Below, one piece after another: positions 8,780-14,845 of a stretch of DNA of 32,000 bases. A model generated the notes under the pieces. That model did no database searches. It was not told the origin of the DNA and was given only the letters and a program-made list of their open reading frames with translations. The stretch is taken from positions 38,929 through 70,928 of the forward strand of contig NZ_SODD01000006.1 in NCBI RefSeq assembly GCF_004365815.1, read 5' to 3'. Both the position numbers and the translations under genes were made by a program. Position 1 is the stretch's first letter; every line of letters starts with the position of its first letter. The DNA comes from Breznakia blatticola (GTDB lineage Bacteria > Bacillota_I > Bacilli_A > Erysipelotrichales > Erysipelotrichaceae).

Positions 8780-9280
8780 TTATAGCGCATCTTCTTCCAC
8801 CGCAACTTCGCGTTGATTATGCGCAATTCGGCTTGCTGCACTTGCTGCAATTGCACCTACGATATCATCTAAAAATGTGTGACAAATATCTGGATTTTCT
8901 TTGTGATCATTTAATTCTTTTATAATACCAAACTTATCTTTATCAATAAAACCAAAGTTTGTTAGTGCAATTGAACCATATAAGTTACAAATACCATAAG
9001 CTAGTACCTCATCAATTCCATATAATGATTCATCACGATTGATAATATCATCCAACATCGTATCTTCCAAGATATGTTGTTCTGCTGCTTTGTCTAAAGC
9101 AATTCCTGTCATAATCGCATGTTGAACTTCACGTTTACGAATAATACTTTTTACTGTTTCGGTTACATCATCATTACTAATCCCCGTTTGATGATCTTTT
9201 TGTAAATACATAACACAATCGTTGATGTCTTGAATTGTAACTCCACGTTCTTCTAATAATGCTATACAGTGTTCAAACAT
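8780..9280 (-). CDS. pgpA: Phosphatidylglycerophosphatase A family protein (YutG-like)
   Basis: LEERGVTIQDI...REVQHAIMTGI...YGIDEVLAYGICNLYGSIALTNFGFIDK...HTFLDDIVGAIAASAASRIAH matches B. subtilis YutG closely, from memory. Confidence 0.85.
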   Translation of the reverse strand: MFEHCIALLEERGVTIQDINDCVMYLQKDHQTGISNDDVTETVKSIIRKREVQHAIMTGIALDKAAEQHILEDTMLDDIINRDESLYGIDEVLAYGICNLYGSIALTNFGFIDKDKFGIIKELNDHKENPDICHTFLDDIVGAIAASAASRIAHNQREVAVEEDAL

Positions 9281-9354
9281 ATAAATCCCCTTTTTATTCT
9301 CTCCTTACTATTATACATGACTTTTTACATTTATGAGTGATAAATATTAAGGAA

Positions 9355-9381
9355 AAGAAGTCGAATTCAATTCAACTTCTT
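9355..9381 (-). terminator. Possible weak intrinsic terminator after the MATE gene
   Basis: On the minus strand AAGAAGT (9381-9375) pairs with ACTTCTT (9361-9355), followed by TTCCTTAATATTT. The stem is short and the T-tract is interrupted. Confidence 0.35.
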
Positions 9382-9383
9382 GC

Positions 9384-10736
9384 TTAGGTTATAAGTTTTC
9401 GATTCATCCATTTTCCACTACGATATCGCAAATAGAAACATGTACTTCTCAGTAGCCAATCAACTAACATTCCAATATATACTGCTTCAATTCGTAAATG
9501 GAAAAATCCAGTCAAGAAATAAGCTAAGAATACACGACATGTAAACATTGAGATAATTGAAACCACCATTGTGAATTTGGCATCATTACTAGCACGAAGT
9601 GCATTAGGAAACGCAAACGCCATATTCCAAAGTACAATATTTCCTACTGCCATCATCATAATTAGTACATCTGCAATTCTCATCGTTTCATTACTTAATG
9701 AATAGAGTTGAAACATTGGCTGTTTTAAAACGACAAACAGCAACGATGATGCTGCCGTTGTTACATAGGCATATCCCATGAGTTTTCGAATATAGAATTT
9801 GGCTTGGTCATAATCATTTGCACCTACACATCGTCCAACTACTGGAATTAATGCAAGTCCAATGGCTGCTCCAGGTACGATCATAAACGAACTAAAGTTT
9901 CCAATAACCGCATTCGCTGCAATACTTGCTGCACCAAATGTAGAAACTAATGATTGCACAATAATTTTTCCACCTTGGAAAATCCCATTTTCAAATCCTG
10001 ATGGAATTGCAATACTTAAAATACGCTTCACCATTTGCCAATCAAAACGATAATCTTTTAGATGTTTCACATATAGTGGTAGACTATCATCATTTAATCG
10101 TCTAGTGATTAATATAGAACCAATGATACGACTCAACAATGTAGATAACGCTGCTCCTGCAACTCCCCAACCAAAACCAAAGATAAAGAGAGTATTCCCA
10201 CAAACATTTAACCCATTCATCAATAAGGAAGTACGCATTGAAATACGTGAGTTCCCCATCGATCTAAAAATTGCTGCTCCACCATTATATAGAGCAATAA
10301 AAGGATATCCTAATGCAGATATAAAGAAATACACCATTGCATGTTCCATAATTTCTTTACCCACATCACCAAAGATTGTCCGTAAGATACTTCCTTCAAA
10401 AACAATGACAAGCACAGCAACAACAATCGCAATACCGGTTGCTACAAATAATAGTTGTTTACATGCTTCTCTTGCTTTTTTATCATTGTTCTTTCCAAGG
10501 TACTGACTTGCCACAACTGCTCCACCTGTCGCAAGTGCTGCAAAGATATTAATTAGTAAAATATTAATTGTCTCTACTAAAGCAAGTCCACTTACTGCAT
10601 TTTCACCAACTGAAGATACCATGATGGTATCGATGGCTCCAACGGAAATAGAAAGCAACTGTTCCACCATTAAAGGTAGGATCAGTTGCCGTAATTGAAT
10701 ATTATCAAAAAAGTAATGACTCGGTGTTTTTTTCAT
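9384..10736 (-). CDS. MATE-family efflux transporter
   Basis: 450 aa, about 12 TM segments, and an N-terminal LILPLMVEQLLSISVGAIDTIMVS signature typical of MATE/NorM-type exporters. Confidence 0.9.
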   Translation of the reverse strand: MKKTPSHYFFDNIQLRQLILPLMVEQLLSISVGAIDTIMVSSVGENAVSGLALVETINILLINIFAALATGGAVVASQYLGKNNDKKAREACKQLLFVATGIAIVVAVLVIVFEGSILRTIFGDVGKEIMEHAMVYFFISALGYPFIALYNGGAAIFRSMGNSRISMRTSLLMNGLNVCGNTLFIFGFGWGVAGAALSTLLSRIIGSILITRRLNDDSLPLYVKHLKDYRFDWQMVKRILSIAIPSGFENGIFQGGKIIVQSLVSTFGAASIAANAVIGNFSSFMIVPGAAIGLALIPVVGRCVGANDYDQAKFYIRKLMGYAYVTTAASSLLFVVLKQPMFQLYSLSNETMRIADVLIMMMAVGNIVLWNMAFAFPNALRASNDAKFTMVVSIISMFTCRVFLAYFLTGFFHLRIEAVYIGMLVDWLLRSTCFYLRYRSGKWMNRKLIT

Positions 10737-10769
10737 ACTCGATATTATACACCGACTTTAACAATTGTA

Positions 10770-11618
10770 CTAGCAATTCTCTAATTGGATTTCACTTTGT
10801 AGTTCTTCGTTTATCCCATTACGTTTTCTTACTAGATACATACACATATAAATATCTTTTAATACTTCTTTTTTTACCATGCTTGTATCTAATGTCACAG
10901 TATCATTAGAAGGTAATGTAAAGCTTAAACGTTTTTGATCAACATAAGTTACAGAAAGTAAATCCTTATACATTACTTTTTGCACATCATATGAATCAAG
11001 TTTATTAAACTCTACAAACGTTTTAGATAAACTATAACGTGTATCCCCGATTATAAGATGGAACGGTATCGTAAATGGTACTGCTTCATCTTCACCTTTT
11101 ACATCAATAGAAATAATGTAAGGTGCATCTTTGCGATTTAATAATTTAAGAATGGAAACATCATAGTGTTTACTATCAAGTTTCTCAACATATGCCTCGA
11201 TTGCTTTTGCTTCTTTTTTCCCATGCTCAAATCCAGGATATAAAACAATAATAATTAATGCTGGCTTATGCGCAATTTGTAAGGCTTTATCTAAAGCCGT
11301 AATCACGGAATCCGCATTTGTTGTTATACTTTCATCTCCTCCTGGTAAATACCCCAGATTAAACACACCCACATCAAAAGCACCCACATGTTGATCTACG
11401 TTTGCGTGATCGTCCAAAATCCATTCAATATTGCTTCGTTGGGCGATCGTTTTCGCTTTTGCTATTGCACCTTCTTGAATATCAAAGGCATATACTTGAT
11501 GACAACACTCACTTAGAAATTTCGTATCATACCCATTTCCACAAGTGAAGTCAACAGCAATGTCTAAGTCTTGATGCTCAGCAATAAACTTATGTGCTAC
11601 TTCAACAATTTTTTTCAT
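10770..11618 (-). CDS. MnmM/YtqB-like class I SAM-dependent methyltransferase with an extra ~100 aa C-terminal domain
   Basis: Residues 1-183 (VDFTCGNGYDTKFL, VYAFDIQEGAI, FNLGYLPGGDESITT, IIIVLYPGFEHGKKE) parallel B. subtilis YtqB. Residues ~184-282 have no counterpart in the ~190 aa YtqB. Confidence 0.8.
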   Translation of the reverse strand: MKKIVEVAHKFIAEHQDLDIAVDFTCGNGYDTKFLSECCHQVYAFDIQEGAIAKAKTIAQRSNIEWILDDHANVDQHVGAFDVGVFNLGYLPGGDESITTNADSVITALDKALQIAHKPALIIIVLYPGFEHGKKEAKAIEAYVEKLDSKHYDVSILKLLNRKDAPYIISIDVKGEDEAVPFTIPFHLIIGDTRYSLSKTFVEFNKLDSYDVQKVMYKDLLSVTYVDQKRLSFTLPSNDTVTLDTSMVKKEVLKDIYMCMYLVRKRNGINEELQSEIQLENC

Positions 11619-11629
11619 ACTTACATTTT

Positions 11630-11662
11630 AACGTAAAAGAGATGATGTTTCCATCATCTCCG
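11630..11662 (-). terminator. Intrinsic terminator after surface-protein gene A
   Basis: Minus strand: GGAGATGATG, GAAA loop, CATCATCTCT, followed by TTTACGTTAAAAT. Confidence 0.6.
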
Positions 11663-11709
11663 GCATTTCTAACAAAAAATTTATAATTTTTACGATATCT
11701 TTACAAATA

Positions 11710-14631
11710 TTATTTCTTTTTCTTTAAAATCAGGATCATCAAAATACCTGCACCTGTAGTAATCAACATATTCATAAAGTGTAATACATCATTCACATCA
11801 CCTGTATCAGGTGAATGCACTTGCGTGTTTGTTTCTTTCGTACTCGATGTATTTACTTGCTTATTCGTATTTGAATTGTTTGGATTTTCAGTGTTTGGAG
11901 TTGATGGATTTTCAATATTTGGATTTGTTGGTTTTTCATCAGGATTTGTTGGTTTTTCAACACTAGGATCTTTTGGCTTATCTGAAGGTTGTTCAATAAC
12001 AAGTTCTCCTTCTTTTACTAAAAGGATTGGTTGTCCATCAAGTGCTAGATGAATATTTTGTCCTTCATCAATGAACCATGTCGCTGTCTTTGCATGTTCT
12101 CCAAATACAGTTAATCCTGTGCTTGTTTCATGTTTAAAGTTTTCAGTATTTCCATCCCATGCAATGATAGTCCCTTCATTTAGCGGTTGTGTATCTAGAC
12201 AATCAATAACATCCTCTTGAGTAGCTCCTTTTCCAATAAGATAGCCATCTTTTGCGATTTTGATAGATGATGTATCGCTTGCTGAAAGCGCGACTCCAGA
12301 TGCATTGATGATACCACCCTCTATGATGAATTCTCCTTCAACGTTCACTAATGAATCTGTTGTTTGACCAATCCATTGTCCTTTTGCATATAATTTTGCA
12401 CCTTCATCAATAAAAACGGAATATGGTTGCTTAATTACTCCAGTAACTTCAAAGAACACCTCTGTATCACCTGTATAATCAAGGACATAAATATCAGCTT
12501 CTTCATTTTCTTGATTGCTTGCTTCTCTTTGGATACCACCAACCGAAACATTTCCATCGATATTAATCCCACCAAGTAAAACAGCATGTCCTTCCTTCTG
12601 TTTTTTGTAAACAATTCCATCAACTTTCACATTAACATTACCACTAGCAGCAACACCTGTATTACCAGCAACAATATCTCCAGACACGTAAATTGTTGTC
12701 ATCCTATCACTATCATCATTTTCACATGAGATACCAACACTCAGTGCATGAACATCTCCACCCACATGAAGCGTTCCATTTTTATTTGTACCTCCTCCAA
12801 CAAAACAGTTTGTAATTGAGCCATTAACTACAACAGTTGCTTCATCATCTACTAAAACACCATTTACATAGTGGTTTTGATTATTATCAACCATTTGACC
12901 ATCAATATGATTCACTTCAACATATGCATTGCTTGATGCTTGCACAATATAGACTTCATCATTACCCTCGTATTTCAAATCCACACCATGTTCACCTGTA
13001 TAAGTAAAACTGAAATCATCAAATACCGCTAGCAAACTGTTCAGTTCATATTTATATTTTGATGTATCGATACGGATATTGTTTTGATATACACCTTCAT
13101 ACATAGTTGATTCATACGTACCTATAGCAACTGGATGCTTTTCTGCCATATTTGGACTACAGACAGTAATCACTACATCTGTATAATCTTGTCCTTTTAT
13201 AGCTTCTTGTACATCTTGAATTGAGTGATATTCATATGTATCGCCCTCTCCTATATCAAATTCTCCTATTTTCGTTTGTTTTTCTTTCATCAATAATACA
13301 TCATTATATGTTATCCACATATTACCATCTGCTTGTTCTTTCCAAACAACAGTATTTGCATCTTGACCAAACATAACGATTCCTTCTTGTGAATTTTCAG
13401 TTTTGGGATTTTTATTTTTCCCATCTACTGCAATAATTACACCTTGATTCGTAACACTTTTGGCGTTGATTACATCCTTTTGTGTAATTCCACTACCAAC
13501 TAATATACTGCCACTTTCCAACATTACATCTGCATCTTTTGATACAATAGCTTTCCCTTTTGAATTTGATAACATTCCATGATAGGTGAAACTTCCAGTA
13601 CCATCTATCTCAATTAATGCACCTACTTTATCTCCAACTACATCTCCATAAAATGTTACATGACTTTCTTTGGTGTAGTCAAATATCAATGCTTGCATAT
13701 CATTCGTTTCTAAATCGAAAACTAAGGTAACATTACTTCCTCCAACACGAACATTTTCATGTCGATTCAAATTCTGTAGTCCCTTTGCTTTAATATAAAC
13801 CTCCACATCGTCTTCAGTTATATCCATAAGCATTTCAGAATTAGTCTTTACTTCTCCACGCACTTCAATGTCAATTGAACTTCTGGCTTCAACAACAAAT
13901 GCATCAAGTGACATGTCTCCATATATCAAAACATTTGCCTTTTCTCCTGCGGTTGACTCGCTGGTATTGATACCTCGTTTACATTTTAGTATATTTCCTT
14001 TTACAACAACCTTCATATCACTTGTGTATTTAGATAAATTCATAGCCGTACGAACAAACGAAATATCTTTTTCAATTATTACACTTGCTTGATTATTTGC
14101 TAATACACCGATACGGACTTTTTCACTTTGGTTATTATCTTGAATTCCTTTAACATCAAGCAAACGAATACTTGATGAATCATAAGCTTTTACTGCTGCT
14201 AGACCTTCATCTACCATTGCTACACGAACACCATGTTCTCCTACATAGTCAAATGTAGAATCATCTTTCATTGTAATTCCAGCTTGAAGAATCATTTCAA
14301 AATCCGTTGTATCAATTACCACGTGTTTCAATTTTCGAAACGACATTTTTACATTTTGTCTCATAATTGCAGGTTGATCCACAACTTTAACTTTAATTGA
14401 TACATATTTGTTGTTGTTTGCATCAACAAGTATGTCTTGTAATTCATCAAATTCTGTAGAACTTCCAATTTCATATTCCTTATCATAAATTACTTGATCT
14501 TGTTGAATCTCTACCTCATGGTTTAAGACGACTGCTTCTTTTCTTAGTGTTGCTTGTACTGGCATAATTGACATTACAAAAACTACCATTACTAAAACAA
14601 CACGTAAACAAATTTTTAGTTTTCTAATCAT
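11710..14631 (-). CDS. Sortase-anchored cell-surface protein, paralog A (two-module, beta-solenoid-like, no recognisable domain)
   Basis: 973 aa. Signal peptide ...SIMPVQA/T, a Pro/Asn/Thr-rich wall-spanning linker, the sorting motif SPDTG (11800-11814), then a hydrophobic helix and a KKKK tail. SD GAGGAAGG. Confidence 0.85.
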   Translation of the reverse strand: MIRKLKICLRVVLVMVVFVMSIMPVQATLRKEAVVLNHEVEIQQDQVIYDKEYEIGSSTEFDELQDILVDANNNKYVSIKVKVVDQPAIMRQNVKMSFRKLKHVVIDTTDFEMILQAGITMKDDSTFDYVGEHGVRVAMVDEGLAAVKAYDSSSIRLLDVKGIQDNNQSEKVRIGVLANNQASVIIEKDISFVRTAMNLSKYTSDMKVVVKGNILKCKRGINTSESTAGEKANVLIYGDMSLDAFVVEARSSIDIEVRGEVKTNSEMLMDITEDDVEVYIKAKGLQNLNRHENVRVGGSNVTLVFDLETNDMQALIFDYTKESHVTFYGDVVGDKVGALIEIDGTGSFTYHGMLSNSKGKAIVSKDADVMLESGSILVGSGITQKDVINAKSVTNQGVIIAVDGKNKNPKTENSQEGIVMFGQDANTVVWKEQADGNMWITYNDVLLMKEKQTKIGEFDIGEGDTYEYHSIQDVQEAIKGQDYTDVVITVCSPNMAEKHPVAIGTYESTMYEGVYQNNIRIDTSKYKYELNSLLAVFDDFSFTYTGEHGVDLKYEGNDEVYIVQASSNAYVEVNHIDGQMVDNNQNHYVNGVLVDDEATVVVNGSITNCFVGGGTNKNGTLHVGGDVHALSVGISCENDDSDRMTTIYVSGDIVAGNTGVAASGNVNVKVDGIVYKKQKEGHAVLLGGINIDGNVSVGGIQREASNQENEEADIYVLDYTGDTEVFFEVTGVIKQPYSVFIDEGAKLYAKGQWIGQTTDSLVNVEGEFIIEGGIINASGVALSASDTSSIKIAKDGYLIGKGATQEDVIDCLDTQPLNEGTIIAWDGNTENFKHETSTGLTVFGEHAKTATWFIDEGQNIHLALDGQPILLVKEGELVIEQPSDKPKDPSVEKPTNPDEKPTNPNIENPSTPNTENPNNSNTNKQVNTSSTKETNTQVHSPDTGDVNDVLHFMNMLITTGAGILMILILKKKK

Positions 14632-14712
14632 TCGTATTCCTTCCTCTTTCTATAAAACACACATACACAAAATGATATCTTACGTAGAAATAGTATGTAA
14701 AACACCCAATAA

Positions 14713-14718
14713 ATTATA
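14713..14718 (-). promoter_or_regulatory. Conserved -10 box (TATAAT) of the putative paralog A promoter
   Basis: TTTTCGTTATAATTTAT is conserved verbatim upstream of both paralogs (second copy at 17803-17808). The -35 region is weak (TAGTGA). Confidence 0.4.
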
Positions 14719-14770
14719 ACGAAAATGATATACAATCACTACTATTCATTCTAGCCGTTCATACGTATAA

Positions 14771-14800
14771 AAGGCTATGCATTTTTACACGCATAGCCTT
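14771..14800 (-). terminator. Hairpin/terminator after paralog B, part of the duplicated unit
   Basis: AAGGCTATGC (14771-14780) pairs with GCATAGCCTT (14791-14800). On the minus strand the stem is followed by TTATACG. Confidence 0.5.
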
Positions 14801-14845
14801 GACAATCAATTGTTTTTTTGTTTTGTAACTTCTAAACACTCATAG

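Noticed and set aside
8780-8782. Programmed stop-codon readthrough fusing PgpA to the downstream thioredoxin-like ORF.
   Set aside because: The in-frame arrangement has a 1-in-3 chance expectation. TAA is the most efficient stop codon, and no readthrough-promoting context or structure is visible. It is kept only as a low-priority note in the findings.
9862-10909. Plus-strand ORFs 9862-10053, 10105-10506 and 10724-10909, antisense to the MATE and methyltransferase genes.
   Set aside because: They are shadow ORFs. The 133 aa one is Pro/Ile/Lys-rich, as expected from the reverse complement of a TM-rich gene.
11921-11962. Possibility that the short tandem repeats here, or the ~40-nt repeats at 1413-1491, represent a CRISPR array.
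   Set aside because: There are only two copies each, with no unique spacers and no cas genes. One lies inside a coding region and the other is a promoter-region duplication.
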